Positions 43,799-53,073 of a stretch of 64,000 nucleotides of DNA are shown one piece after another. The notes under the pieces were generated by a model that searched no databases, was not told the DNA's origin, and was given only the letters and a program-made list of their open reading frames with translations. This stretch comes from Candidatus Woesearchaeota archaeon (GTDB lineage: Archaea > Nanobdellota > Nanobdellia > SCGC-AAA011-G17 > PNOQ01): the NCBI GenBank assembly GCA_964344555.1, contig CAYFNK010000004.1, positions 494 to 64,493 of the forward strand, given 5' to 3'. The position numbers were made by a program, and so were the translations under genes. Within the stretch, counting starts at the first letter, position 1; each line of letters opens with the position of its first letter.

Positions 43799-44236
43799 AT
43801 GGCAAAAAAATCAAAAGGACTTGGATCAGGAAGAAAACTGAAAAGGGCTAGAAAGAAGTTTAAGTGGAGTGATCAATATTTTACAAAAAGAGCTTTAGAT
43901 CTAAAAAAGGAGTCAGACCCTCTTAGTGCTAGTCATCAAGCTAATGCAATAGTTCTTGAAAAAGTTCAAATTGAAGCTAAGCAGCCAAATTCAGCTTTAA
44001 GAAAATGTATAAAATGTCAATTAGTTAAAAATGGAAGAAAAATAACTGCTTTCGTTCCAGGAGATAATGCTATCAAATTTATAGATGAACACGATAATGT
44101 AATTGTCGAGTGCATTGGTGGAGCTAAGGGGAGATCTAAAGGAGATCTTTCAGGAATTAGATGGCAAGTGTTAAAAGTTAATGATCAGTCTTTGAAAGCA
44201 TTGCTTTCTGGTAAAATAGAGAAAGGTAGAAGATGA
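43799..44236 (+). CDS. rps12: Ribosomal protein uS12
   Basis: EAKQPNSALRKCIKCQLVKNGRKITAFVPGDNAI. Confidence 0.95.
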   Translation: MAKKSKGLGSGRKLKRARKKFKWSDQYFTKRALDLKKESDPLSASHQANAIVLEKVQIEAKQPNSALRKCIKCQLVKNGRKITAFVPGDNAIKFIDEHDNVIVECIGGAKGRSKGDLSGIRWQVLKVNDQSLKALLSGKIEKGRR

Positions 44237-44832
44237 AATTATTTAATAAATGGGAAACGGAAGGTATTAAAGTTGAAGAAGAAGCTCTTAGACCTTATAT
44301 TTATTTACCAGATATTCTTGTTCCTAGAACTGGCGGAAAGAATGCTAGAGGTCAAAGAGTATGGGCTCAGAAAACTCACCTTGTTGAAAGATTAATGAAT
44401 AAGTTAATGGTTCCTGGACATGCTAAAAAACACAAACATAAAAGAACTTCTGGAAGAAATACTGGAAAGGCATTGAATGTTCAGAATATTGTTTTAGATG
44501 CCTTTGAGAAAATTGAAAAGAAAACAAGTAAAAATCCAGTTGAAGTTTTTGTTAAAGCTGTAGAAAATGCTTGTCCTAGGGAAGAAGTTACAGGTATTGA
44601 ATATGGTGGTGCAAGATATTCTAAAGCTGTGGAAATTTCTCCTTTGAGGAGAGTGGATCTTGCTTTGAGATTTATGGTTTGGGGATCTTATGCTAAGTCA
44701 TTTAATTCTAAGGCTAAAATTGCAGATACTTTGGCTGCCGAAATATTGGGGGCTTATCAATTGGATACTAATTCTAGTAATGCTTTGTCTAAGAAGTTAG
44801 AACTAGAAAGACAGGCTGACGCTTCTAGATAA
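44233..44832 (+). CDS. rps7: Ribosomal protein uS7
   Basis: LVERLMNKLM...KALNVQNIVLDAFEKI...ELERQADAS. Confidence 0.95.
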   Translation: MKLFNKWETEGIKVEEEALRPYIYLPDILVPRTGGKNARGQRVWAQKTHLVERLMNKLMVPGHAKKHKHKRTSGRNTGKALNVQNIVLDAFEKIEKKTSKNPVEVFVKAVENACPREEVTGIEYGGARYSKAVEISPLRRVDLALRFMVWGSYAKSFNSKAKIADTLAAEILGAYQLDTNSSNALSKKLELERQADASR

Positions 44833-44835
44833 TTC

Positions 44836-45510
44836 TTAAAATCCAGTTACTTTTATTGTTAATATAAGAATTGCAACTGCTATTCCCATTGTTAAGAAAT
44901 AAATTTGTTTACTCCAATTCAAAACTTTCTTTCCATCTAGATTCCAGACTGGGATTAAATTGAAAACTGCTAACCATGCATTGATTAAGGCACCATAGGT
45001 AAATAGACTAGATAATATGCTTGGTAAAGTTATCCCAAATGTTAAAAATGATAGTCCTAAGAAGACCAGTGCTAAAATTATATTTATTGCTGGACCAGCG
45101 ATGCTGATTCTACCATTTTTTTCTCTTGTTAAATATCCTTGAATCATTACTGCTCCAGGTGCAGCAAAAATTATTCCAAAGAAACTCATTGCTATGGCTA
45201 AGATTAACATAAAATCAAAGGATCTAAATTCTGCAAAACAATTATATTTTTGTGCGAAATATTTATGACCCAACTCATGAAGTAAAAAACCACTTCCAAC
45301 TGCAATTATTGAGATAATAAACATTGCTCCAAATTCTGGAGAAAAAATTCTTCCTCCAGATAATAAAATAGCGAAAGCTAAGGAAACTGCTAGTCCTCCT
45401 TTCATCAAATGTTCTATTTCCGTATGGCTGAAATGCATTTTAGTAAATTTATTACCCAAAAGTTTATAAATAATATCTTTTCTCGTCAATCCTATGGCTG
45501 ATAAGACCAC
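44836..45510 (-). CDS. M50-family (site-2 protease-like) intramembrane metalloprotease; probable start at 45438
   Basis: LLHELGHKYFA (HExxH) and NLIPVWNLDGKKV (NxxPxxxxDG). The listed start would overlap the EF-2 start divergently; the internal Met25 (MHFSHTEIEHL) removes the overlap. Confidence 0.8.
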   Translation of the reverse strand: MVLSAIGLTRKDIIYKLLGNKFTKMHFSHTEIEHLMKGGLAVSLAFAILLSGGRIFSPEFGAMFIISIIAVGSGFLLHELGHKYFAQKYNCFAEFRSFDFMLILAIAMSFFGIIFAAPGAVMIQGYLTREKNGRISIAGPAINIILALVFLGLSFLTFGITLPSILSSLFTYGALINAWLAVFNLIPVWNLDGKKVLNWSKQIYFLTMGIAVAILILTIKVTGF

Positions 45511-47659
45511 TGAAAAAATTAAAGAGATTATGAAGACTCCTGAAAAAATTAGAAATATTGCTATCTGTGCTCACATTGATCACGGTAAAACTACTTTTTC
45601 TGACAATTTACTTTCTGGAGCAGGTATGATTTCTGAAGAATTAGCAGGTAAACAATTAGCTTTAGATTTTCATGCTGATGAATCTGAAAGAGGAATTACT
45701 ATTGATTCTGCTAATGTAAGTATGGTTCACAAGGTTAATGATCAAGAGCATCTTATTAATTTAATTGATACTCCTGGACACGTTGATTTTGGGGGAGATG
45801 TTACAAGAGCTATGAGGGCCGTTGATGGTGCAATAGTTCTTTGTGATGCTGTTGAAGGTATAATGCCTCAGACAGAAATTGTTCTTAAACAAGCCTTGAA
45901 AGAATATGTTAAGCCAATTTTATTTATTAACAAAGTTGATAGATTAATCAGAGAAGTTAAATTAACTCCTGAAGAAATGCAAGCAAGATTTGTTAAAATA
46001 ATTAATCATATTAATAAATTAATCAGATCAATGGCCCCTGATAAATTTAAGGAAGAATGGACTGTTAATGTTCAGGATGGAAGTGTATGTTTTGGTTCTG
46101 CCTTTCATAATTGGGCACTAAGTTTACCTTACATGCAAAAAAAAGAGATGGGTTTCAAAGATATTATTGATGCTTATGAAGGTGATGAATGGAAAGGATT
46201 GATTAAAAGAGCTCCAATTCATGAAGTTGTTTTAGATTCGGTTGTTAAACATCACCCTAACCCTACAGAAGCTCAACCTTATAGAATACCAAATATTTGG
46301 CATGGTGATTTGGAAGATAGTGTTGGTAAGTCTTTGCTTGCTGGAGATCCTAATGGTCCTGTTGCTTTTGTTGTTACTAAAATTGTTATAGACAAACACG
46401 CTGGAGAGATATCTGCAGGAAGATTATTTTCTGGCACAGTTAAACAAGGTCAAGAATTATATTTGAATGCAGGTAAACGAAAAGTTAGGGTGCAACAAGT
46501 TTCAGTCTATAAAGGTTCACAAAGAGTTGCATTTGATGAAATCTCTTCTGGTAATATTATTGGTATTGTTGGATTGAAAGATACTTTTGCTGGAGAAACC
46601 ATATCTACAGAACCAATGGAACCCTTTGAAGCTATTAAACATGTTTTTGAACCTGTTATTACTAAGTCTATTGAAGCTAAGAAAGCTTCTGATTTGGCAA
46701 AATTAATTGAAATATTGAAACAAATTGGTAAGGAAGATCCTAGCATTAAAGTTGAAATTAATGAAGAAACTGGAGAGAATTTAATGCACGGAATGGGAGA
46801 ATTACATTTAGAAATTATTGAAAACAGAATTAAAAGTGAGAAAGGATTAGATGTTCAAACTTCTCCACCTATTGTTGTCTATAGAGAGTCTGTTAATAAG
46901 TTAGGTCCAGAAGTTGAAGGTAAAAGCCCAAATAAACATAATAAGTTTTTTATTACTGTTGAACCTTTGGAAGAAAAATATGCTAATGCTATGAAGGAGG
47001 GTAAACTTCCTGAAACTAGAATTAAGAAAAAAGATAAATCTGTTGTTGAAACTTTAGTTAGTTTAGGAATGGATAATAAGCAAGCTAAAAAAGTTAGAGA
47101 ATTGTATAAAGGAAATATGCTAATTGATGATACTAGGGGTATTGTTTATATTGGTGAAGTTATAGAAATGATAATGGATGCTGTTGAGCAGGTTATAGAT
47201 GCAGGTCCTTTAGCTAGAGAACCATGTTCAAACTTATTAATTAGAATTAAGGATCTTAAGTTGCACGAAGATGCAATTCATAGAGGTCCTGCTCAAGTAT
47301 ATCCTGCAGTTAGAGAAGCTATAAAGGCATCTATGGATGGTGCTTCTGCATTTATATTAGAACCAGTTCAAATAATTCAAATAGAAAGTCCTGCTGAGTT
47401 TTTGGGAGATTTGTCTGCTTTAGTTCAAAATAAAAGAGGACAATTACTTAATGTTGATCAAGAAGGAGATCATATTACTGCTAAAGCCAAAATGCCAGTG
47501 GCAGAAATGTTTGGATTAGCTTCAGATATAAGATCTGCAACTTCAGGTAGAGGAAGTCAGTTTTTAGTTGATCAAATGTTTGAAAAACTACCTACAAATT
47601 TACAAAGTAAAGTTGTTCAACAAATAAGGTCAAGAAAGGGCCTTAGTGAAAACGCATAA
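45494..47659 (+). CDS. fusA: Elongation factor 2 (aEF-2)
   Basis: IRNIAICAHIDHGKTT, DTPGHVDFGG, NKVDR, and a diphthamide-region HRGPAQV. Confidence 0.95.
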   Translation: MADKTTEKIKEIMKTPEKIRNIAICAHIDHGKTTFSDNLLSGAGMISEELAGKQLALDFHADESERGITIDSANVSMVHKVNDQEHLINLIDTPGHVDFGGDVTRAMRAVDGAIVLCDAVEGIMPQTEIVLKQALKEYVKPILFINKVDRLIREVKLTPEEMQARFVKIINHINKLIRSMAPDKFKEEWTVNVQDGSVCFGSAFHNWALSLPYMQKKEMGFKDIIDAYEGDEWKGLIKRAPIHEVVLDSVVKHHPNPTEAQPYRIPNIWHGDLEDSVGKSLLAGDPNGPVAFVVTKIVIDKHAGEISAGRLFSGTVKQGQELYLNAGKRKVRVQQVSVYKGSQRVAFDEISSGNIIGIVGLKDTFAGETISTEPMEPFEAIKHVFEPVITKSIEAKKASDLAKLIEILKQIGKEDPSIKVEINEETGENLMHGMGELHLEIIENRIKSEKGLDVQTSPPIVVYRESVNKLGPEVEGKSPNKHNKFFITVEPLEEKYANAMKEGKLPETRIKKKDKSVVETLVSLGMDNKQAKKVRELYKGNMLIDDTRGIVYIGEVIEMIMDAVEQVIDAGPLAREPCSNLLIRIKDLKLHEDAIHRGPAQVYPAVREAIKASMDGASAFILEPVQIIQIESPAEFLGDLSALVQNKRGQLLNVDQEGDHITAKAKMPVAEMFGLASDIRSATSGRGSQFLVDQMFEKLPTNLQSKVVQQIRSRKGLSENA

Positions 47660-47716
47660 TTCAACGAAAGCTTTTTAAAGTGCACAAATTTCAAAATTCT
47701 ATTATAATTATTATTT

Positions 47717-47721
47717 GGAGG
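47717..47721 (+). promoter_or_regulatory. Shine-Dalgarno-like GGAGG upstream of tuf
   Basis: GGAGG ends 7 nt before ATG 47729. Most other genes in the window lack such a leader. Confidence 0.4.
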
Positions 47722-47728
47722 AAATATA

Positions 47729-49015
47729 ATGGCAAAGGAAAAACCACACGTAAATATTGTTTTCATTGGTCATGTAGACGCTGGTAAGTCTACTTCAGTC
47801 GGTAGATTGATGTTTGATTCAGGAAACATAGATGAACAAGCAATGAGAAAGCTAAAAGATAAGGCTCAAGAATTAGGTAAGGCCGGTTTTGAGTTCGCTT
47901 TCGTTATGGATAATTTGAAGGAAGAGCAAGAAAGAGGAGTTACTATTGATCTTTCTCACAAGAAATTCAATACTAATAAGTTTGAATATACTATAATTGA
48001 TGCTCCTGGACACAAAGATTTTATTAAAAATATGATCACAGGTGCAAGTCAGGCAGATACTGCTATTTTAGTTGTTGCTGCTACTGATGAAGATGTTCAA
48101 CCACAAACTAAAGAACATTTGTTCTTGTCTAAAACTTTAGGTGTAAGTCAGTTGTGTATCATGGTTAATAAAATGGATGCAGTTGATTACGCTGAAGATA
48201 AATTCAACAAGACAAAAGAAAGAATGACTACTTTACTTCAACAAATAGGATTTAATCCTGAAGAAGTACCATTTATTCCCGCAAGTTCTTTACAAGGAGA
48301 TAATGTTGCTAAGAAGTCAGAAAAAATGTCTTGGTATACTGGTCCAACTTTACTTGAACAATTGGACGTTTTCAAAGAACCAGAAAGACCAACTGATTTA
48401 CCATTAAGGCTTCCTTTACAAGATGTTTATAGCATTAAAGGTATTGGAACTGTTCCTGTTGGTAGAGTTGAAACTGGTACAATGAAAATTGGCGATAAAG
48501 TTACAGTTATGCCAGCTAGAGATGGTAAAGGTGTAAATGGTGAAGTTAAAACTATAGAAATGCATCATGAAGAAATTAAAGAAGCTATTCCTGGTGACAA
48601 TTGTGGATTTGTTGTTAGGGGAATAGAAAAGAAAGATATTGCTAGAGGAGATGTTTTGGGACATTCAAGTGATCCTCCAACATTAGCTAGTGAATTTACT
48701 GCACAAATAGTTGTATTAAATCATCCTTCGGTTCTTACAGTTGGTTATACTCCTGTTTTCCACATGCACACTAATCAAACTGCATGTAAGATTACAGAAT
48801 TAGTTAAGACTGTAGATCCTGCAAGCGGTGAAACTGTTAAGGAAAATCCAGATATGCTAAAAAATGGTGAAGTAGCAATTGTTAAAGTTGTTCCAACTAA
48901 ACCTTTAGTATTAGAAAAAAATTCAGACATTCCTCAAATGGCAAGATTCGCTATTAGAGATGCAGGTCAAACTGTAGCTGCTGGAATGTGTACTGATTTA
49001 GTAAAGAAGGCTTAA
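47729..49015 (+). CDS. tuf: Elongation factor 1-alpha (aEF-1alpha)
   Basis: [26 protein letters not shown], and a typical domain II/III. Confidence 0.95.
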   Translation: MAKEKPHVNIVFIGHVDAGKSTSVGRLMFDSGNIDEQAMRKLKDKAQELGKAGFEFAFVMDNLKEEQERGVTIDLSHKKFNTNKFEYTIIDAPGHKDFIKNMITGASQADTAILVVAATDEDVQPQTKEHLFLSKTLGVSQLCIMVNKMDAVDYAEDKFNKTKERMTTLLQQIGFNPEEVPFIPASSLQGDNVAKKSEKMSWYTGPTLLEQLDVFKEPERPTDLPLRLPLQDVYSIKGIGTVPVGRVETGTMKIGDKVTVMPARDGKGVNGEVKTIEMHHEEIKEAIPGDNCGFVVRGIEKKDIARGDVLGHSSDPPTLASEFTAQIVVLNHPSVLTVGYTPVFHMHTNQTACKITELVKTVDPASGETVKENPDMLKNGEVAIVKVVPTKPLVLEKNSDIPQMARFAIRDAGQTVAAGMCTDLVKKA

Positions 49016-49028
49016 AGCCTCTTTTTTT
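49008..49028 (+). terminator. Hairpin plus T7 tract after tuf
   Basis: AGGCT-TAA-AGCCT stem-loop (the loop is the stop codon) followed by C and TTTTTTT. Oligo-T is the archaeal termination signal. Confidence 0.45.
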
Positions 49029-49080
49029 ATTTCTACAGAAAACCTTATAAGTTGTTGATTGTCGCTTAGGTTTATACAAA

Positions 49081-49602
49081 ATGCCTGAAATAATGCCTTT
49101 TGGCAAATACAAGGGAAGATCAGTTGAACAAATTGTTTTAAAAGATTACAAATATTTTGATTATGTTATGAATAATATGTCTTTACATTCTTTTTCTTTG
49201 AATGAAAGATTTGATCATGTTGATAAAGTTGTAAATAATTTTGTTTCTGAAGTCAATTGTGCTACTTGTAATGAACTTCCTGCAGAAAAAATAAGTATAT
49301 ATCAGGGTTTTGATAGTTATAGGGTTTCTGATTTGAGTCATGTTTATTGTTCTTATGATTGTTATTATGAAGATCCTGTAATTTCTCATAAAGCAATTCT
49401 TCAAGATTTAAAGTTTAATAATGCATTGTCTGATACTAAGTCTGATACTAATGGATTAGTAAAAGTAATGGCAGAATGTATGGGATTAAAGAGAGGAAGA
49501 AAAGATAAAAATTATCTTGAAAGTTTTTTTAATAAAGTTAAATTAAGAAGTGATGCAGAGTGTGACGTAGAAGTGGGTGAACAAATAAAATTTTGGGAGT
49601 AA
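49081..49602 (+). CDS. Hypothetical Cys-containing protein with an MPFGKYKG (DUF3820-like) N-terminus
   Basis: MPFGKYKGRSVEQIVLKDYKYFDYV resembles a motif I recall from phage/plasmid-associated small proteins. Also CATCNE...CSYDCYYED. Confidence 0.45.
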   Translation: MPEIMPFGKYKGRSVEQIVLKDYKYFDYVMNNMSLHSFSLNERFDHVDKVVNNFVSEVNCATCNELPAEKISIYQGFDSYRVSDLSHVYCSYDCYYEDPVISHKAILQDLKFNNALSDTKSDTNGLVKVMAECMGLKRGRKDKNYLESFFNKVKLRSDAECDVEVGEQIKFWE

Positions 49603-49811
49603 AAATGGAAAAACAATATTTTGAAAGATGTGTATACGATGTAAAATATGAATCTTTTGATGGAATTCATATGTGTGAAGCTGAAAAATGTATTTACAAA
49701 GAAAATTATAAGACTAAAGATAATTTTTGTATGATGGGTGGACTAATAAGTATTCTTGAAAAAGATGCTAATGGTAAAAGTCCCCACGTTGGTATTGCTG
49801 GTAAGAAGTAG
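49593..49811 (+). CDS. Small Cys-rich hypothetical protein
   Basis: 72-aa ORF overlapping the previous stop, with 4 Cys. The real start is probably ATG 49605 (MEKQYFERC). Confidence 0.3.
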   Translation: MGVKMEKQYFERCVYDVKYESFDGIHMCEAEKCIYKENYKTKDNFCMMGGLISILEKDANGKSPHVGIAGKK

Positions 49812-49816
49812 ATAAT

Positions 49817-49826
49817 TTTATAAAGA
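49817..49826 (+). promoter_or_regulatory. TATA box upstream of rps10
   Basis: TTTTATAAAG ends 24 nt before ATG 49850. Confidence 0.45.
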
Positions 49827-49849
49827 GTTCAAATCTGCAAAATAGTATA

Positions 49850-50158
49850 ATGAAGAAAGCAAGAGTAAACTTAGCGAGTACTGAAATAGATAAACTCAAT
49901 CAGATCTCTGATTCTATTATAGACATTGCTAAGAAAACAAAAGTTAAAGTTAATGGTCCAATACCTTTACCAACTAAAAAGTTGAAGCTCACTACTAGAA
50001 AAAGTCCTGATGGAGAAGGAAAGGCTTCTTGGGAAAGATATGAAATGAGAATTCATAAGAGGTTGATAGATTTAGGTGTTGATGAAAGAGCTCTAAGATT
50101 AGTTATGAGAGTTCCAATTCCTGAAGGTGTTAATATAGAAATTGACCTGTTAGAATGA
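49850..50158 (+). CDS. rps10: Ribosomal protein uS10
   Basis: GPIPLPTKKLKLTTRKSPDGEGKASWERYEMRIHKRLIDL. Confidence 0.9.
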   Translation: MKKARVNLASTEIDKLNQISDSIIDIAKKTKVKVNGPIPLPTKKLKLTTRKSPDGEGKASWERYEMRIHKRLIDLGVDERALRLVMRVPIPEGVNIEIDLLE

Positions 50159-50337
50159 AAGAACTATCTAAATGGATGAAAGAAGATCTTGAAAAACTTC
50201 TTGAACATGAAAAAACTTGTTCTTATAGGGAGAGTATTTGTGAAGAATACATGTATAATTTGAGTAAAAGAGGATATGATGTTAAAGAGTATAAGAACAG
50301 ATATTACAAAATTCTGATTGAAAAGGTTGAAAGATAA
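50155..50337 (+). CDS. Small hypothetical protein
   Basis: 60-aa ORF with a 4-nt overlap with the rps10 stop. Confidence 0.3.
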   Translation: MKELSKWMKEDLEKLLEHEKTCSYRESICEEYMYNLSKRGYDVKEYKNRYYKILIEKVER

Positions 50338-50414
50338 TTATTCTACTGTTACTAAAAATTTCTTTAAGTCCTTTTTTATTTGTTTTCCGAACTTTGTAAG
50401 GTCTCCCTTACCAT

Positions 50415-50843
50415 TTAAAATTCTATTTTTTTTAACTGACCAATTAACCAATTAGAAGTCTTTTTGTTTTTTCCTAATAAATACTTTGCACAGCCAGTTT
50501 GTCCAAGTCTTTGTTGTAATCTTTTTCTTCTTTTTGGATAATATCTAAATAATTTATCTTTTAAGAAAGAAATGTTCTTAATAATTTCTATGGAACCAAT
50601 TCTTATATATGCACTATTTTTTATTTCTTTGTATCCTATATGTTTGAATTTTAGAACTCTAAATATCTCTTTTAATATGCTAATTTCCTTTTTATTTGTT
50701 GAAATAACAATGTGTCCTCTTGATTTTGCACTTGGAGCTCCATCTCCTTCAAGAATTCCACAAATAAACTCAAGGGCTAATTCCTTATTTTTATCTCTTT
50801 TTATTTGATTTATTAGAAAGTTTAAGAGGTTGTTATAATACAT
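50415..50843 (-). CDS. Single-motif LAGLIDADG homing endonuclease-like protein
   Basis: ELALEFICGILEGDGAPSA (LAGLIDADG motif), then HIVISTNKKEISILKEIFRVLKF. The frame is open a further 38 codons or so upstream (to about 50960) without an ATG. Confidence 0.6.
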   Translation of the reverse strand: MYYNNLLNFLINQIKRDKNKELALEFICGILEGDGAPSAKSRGHIVISTNKKEISILKEIFRVLKFKHIGYKEIKNSAYIRIGSIEIIKNISFLKDKLFRYYPKRRKRLQQRLGQTGCAKYLLGKNKKTSNWLIGQLKKIEF

Positions 50844-51014
50844 AAGTACAAGTTGTCTATGTTCTCTAATGGATAATGCATCGTTTTTGTTTCTATTCTG
50901 TGCATTTTTTGTCTTAGATTTAATAATCCATATTTTTTGTTTAGGAATATTTAATGAGGTTTCTTTCAGTCAAAAGTTGTATAGTTTAGGAAACAGATAA
51001 ATTTAGTGGTTCAT

Positions 51015-52838
51015 CTACTCAACACTTACGCACTTCGCTAGGTTTCTTGGTTTGTCTACGTCGCATCCCCTCATTACTGCAATATGATACGCTAGTAGCT
51101 GTGTTGGTATTGAAGCTAGAATTGAAGTTAGATATTCTGAGGTTTTAGGAATATAAATTATTTCGTCTACTAATTGTTCTAATTGATTATTTTCTTTTGT
51201 AGTTATAGCTATGATTTTTCCGTTTCTACTTTTTACTTCTTCAATATTACTTAATATTTTTTGATATAATCTTCCATTTGGAGCTATGAATATTGTTGGC
51301 ATATTATGATCAATTAATGCTATTGGTCCATGTTTCATTTCTGCTGCAGGATAGCCTTCTGCATGAATGTAAGAAATTTCTTTTAGTTTTAGTGCTCCCT
51401 CTAATGCTATTGGGAAGTTGTAATTCCTTCCTAAGTATAAAGCGTTTGATTTGTTGAAGTATTTTGTTGCTATTTTTCTTATGTGATTGTTTTCTTTATA
51501 TGTTTCTTCTATTAATTTTGGTAGAGATTCTAGGTCTTTCATCATCTCTATAGCTTGTTTTCTACCAATTGTTTTCTTGATTCTTCCCAAGTAAATTGCT
51601 AGTAAATATAGTATTGTTAAATGTGATGTGAAAGTTTTTGTTGAAGCTACTCCTATTTCTTGTCCAGAGTGTAAGTAGATTCCCCCATCTACTAATCTTG
51701 AAATTGTTGATCCAACTGTATTTACTAATCCAATGGTCTTTATGTTATATTTTTGTGCTTCTTTTAGTGCGGCTGTTGTATCTGCTGTTTCTCCACTTTG
51801 AGATAAAGCTATTACTAGGTTATTTTTGTTTAAAACTGGATTTCTATATCTAAATTCTGAAGCGTATTCTGTTGTTGTTGGTATTCTTGCTATGTCTTCA
51901 AATAATTGTTTTCCTATCAAACCTGCGTGCCATGAGGTTCCGCAACCTACTATAATTATATTATCTATGTTCTCTATTTCCCTTTTAGATATGTTTAATC
52001 CCCCAAATTTTGAGGTTGCATTTTTGTAATCTATTCTTCCCTTGAATGCATTTTTTACTGTGGTGGATTGCTCGTATATTTCTTTAAGCATGAAGTGTGG
52101 AAATTCCCCTTTTGATATCTCAGAGATGTTCATCTTTAGTTTTGTAATTTTTCTATCTACGGGTATGTTTTCTAGATTTCTTATAGTGTAATCTCTTTGT
52201 TCTAAAATTGCTATGTCTCCATCTTGTAAATATATTATGTTATTTGTATATTTTAAAATTGGAACAACGTCTGATGCTACTAGCGTTTCATTATCTCCGA
52301 TGCCTAGAACTAGCGGGCTAGATTTTCTTGCTACAAATATTTTATTTAGATTATTTTTATGTAACATAACAATAGAGTATGCACCTTCTAAGAGATTTAG
52401 TGTTTCTGTGAATGCTTCTTCTATTGTTTTGTTTTTTTGTAGAAAATCTTCTATTAGGTGTGCTATAACTTCAGTATCTGTGTTAGATTTGAAGTTATGA
52501 TTTTTTAGGAGGTGTTTTAATTCTTGGTGATTTTCTATTATTCCGTTGTGAACTATTGAGATTGAGTTTTTGCAGTCATAATGTGGATGTGCGTTTGAAA
52601 AAGAAGGTTTACCATGTGTGCTCCAACGTGTGTGTGCAATTCCTATTTTTGAAGGTGAATGGTTTGCTGCTTTTTCTAGAACTTCTACTTTACCGACTAC
52701 TTTTTTTGAGCTTATTTTTTTATTTTCTATTAGAGATAGTCCACAAGAGTCGTATCCTCTGTATTCTAGTTTTTTTAATCCATTTATGAGAACAGGTGTC
52801 GCCTCTTTTTCTCCAATATAACCAATTATACCACACAT
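51015..52838 (-). CDS. glmS: Glutamine--fructose-6-phosphate aminotransferase
   Basis: MCGIIGYIG (Cys1 Ntn), two SIS domains, and a C-terminal KPRNLAKCVSVE. Confidence 0.95.
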   Translation of the reverse strand: MCGIIGYIGEKEATPVLINGLKKLEYRGYDSCGLSLIENKKISSKKVVGKVEVLEKAANHSPSKIGIAHTRWSTHGKPSFSNAHPHYDCKNSISIVHNGIIENHQELKHLLKNHNFKSNTDTEVIAHLIEDFLQKNKTIEEAFTETLNLLEGAYSIVMLHKNNLNKIFVARKSSPLVLGIGDNETLVASDVVPILKYTNNIIYLQDGDIAILEQRDYTIRNLENIPVDRKITKLKMNISEISKGEFPHFMLKEIYEQSTTVKNAFKGRIDYKNATSKFGGLNISKREIENIDNIIIVGCGTSWHAGLIGKQLFEDIARIPTTTEYASEFRYRNPVLNKNNLVIALSQSGETADTTAALKEAQKYNIKTIGLVNTVGSTISRLVDGGIYLHSGQEIGVASTKTFTSHLTILYLLAIYLGRIKKTIGRKQAIEMMKDLESLPKLIEETYKENNHIRKIATKYFNKSNALYLGRNYNFPIALEGALKLKEISYIHAEGYPAAEMKHGPIALIDHNMPTIFIAPNGRLYQKILSNIEEVKSRNGKIIAITTKENNQLEQLVDEIIYIPKTSEYLTSILASIPTQLLAYHIAVMRGCDVDKPRNLAKCVSVE

Positions 52839-52900
52839 AGTAATTTTTTATTTTTGTCTTTTTTAAACTATTATGAATGACTGTTCTATTCGTGTAAAGT

Positions 52901-52908
52901 TTTATAAA
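52901..52908 (+). promoter_or_regulatory. TATA box for tRNA-Ser
   Basis: GTAAAG TTTATAAA ends 24 nt upstream of 52933. Confidence 0.5.
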
Positions 52909-52932
52909 GTATTGATTTTTGTTTTTTCTTAT

Positions 52933-53067
52933 GCCGCGATCGCATAATCTGGTATTGCACAGAATCTTATAACTTTAGGTATAAGGTGTGTAAGCCTGGA
53001 AAAATCCAGAAAGATACCAGTTAGCCTGACCCGCAAGGGTGTCTGGGTTCAAATCCCAGTCGCGGCG
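52933..53067 (+). tRNA. Class II tRNA-Ser(GGA) with two introns: 31 nt at 29/30 (52963..52993) and 21 nt at 37/38 (53002..53022)
   Basis: The spliced model is GCCGCGA TC GCA TAATCTGGTAT TGC A CAGGC CTGGAAA GCCTG ACCCGCAAGGGTGT CTGGG TTCAAAT CCCAG TCGCGGC G. It has a perfect anticodon stem, a long variable arm with a GCAA loop, and G73. Both introns sit in 3-4-3 BHB-like folds. Confidence 0.75.
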
Positions 53068-53073
53068 CTCTTT

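Noticed and set aside
45494-45510. Apparent 17-nt divergent overlap of the M50 protease and aEF-2 start codons.
   Set aside because: It is most likely an ORF-calling artefact. The protease has an internal Met (45438) followed by the family-typical N-terminus, which removes the overlap.
51638-52821. Five plus-strand ORFs inside glmS (51638.., 51826.., 52213.., 52556.., 52618..).
   Set aside because: They are antisense shadows of a full-length, motif-complete glmS.
35905-52838. Inteins or other insertions in RNA polymerase subunits, EF-2, EF-1alpha or GlmS.
   Set aside because: Protein lengths (494, 600, 859, 382, 721, 428, 607 aa) are normal for these families. No Cys/Ser...HN-type intein boundaries or embedded endonuclease motifs were seen.
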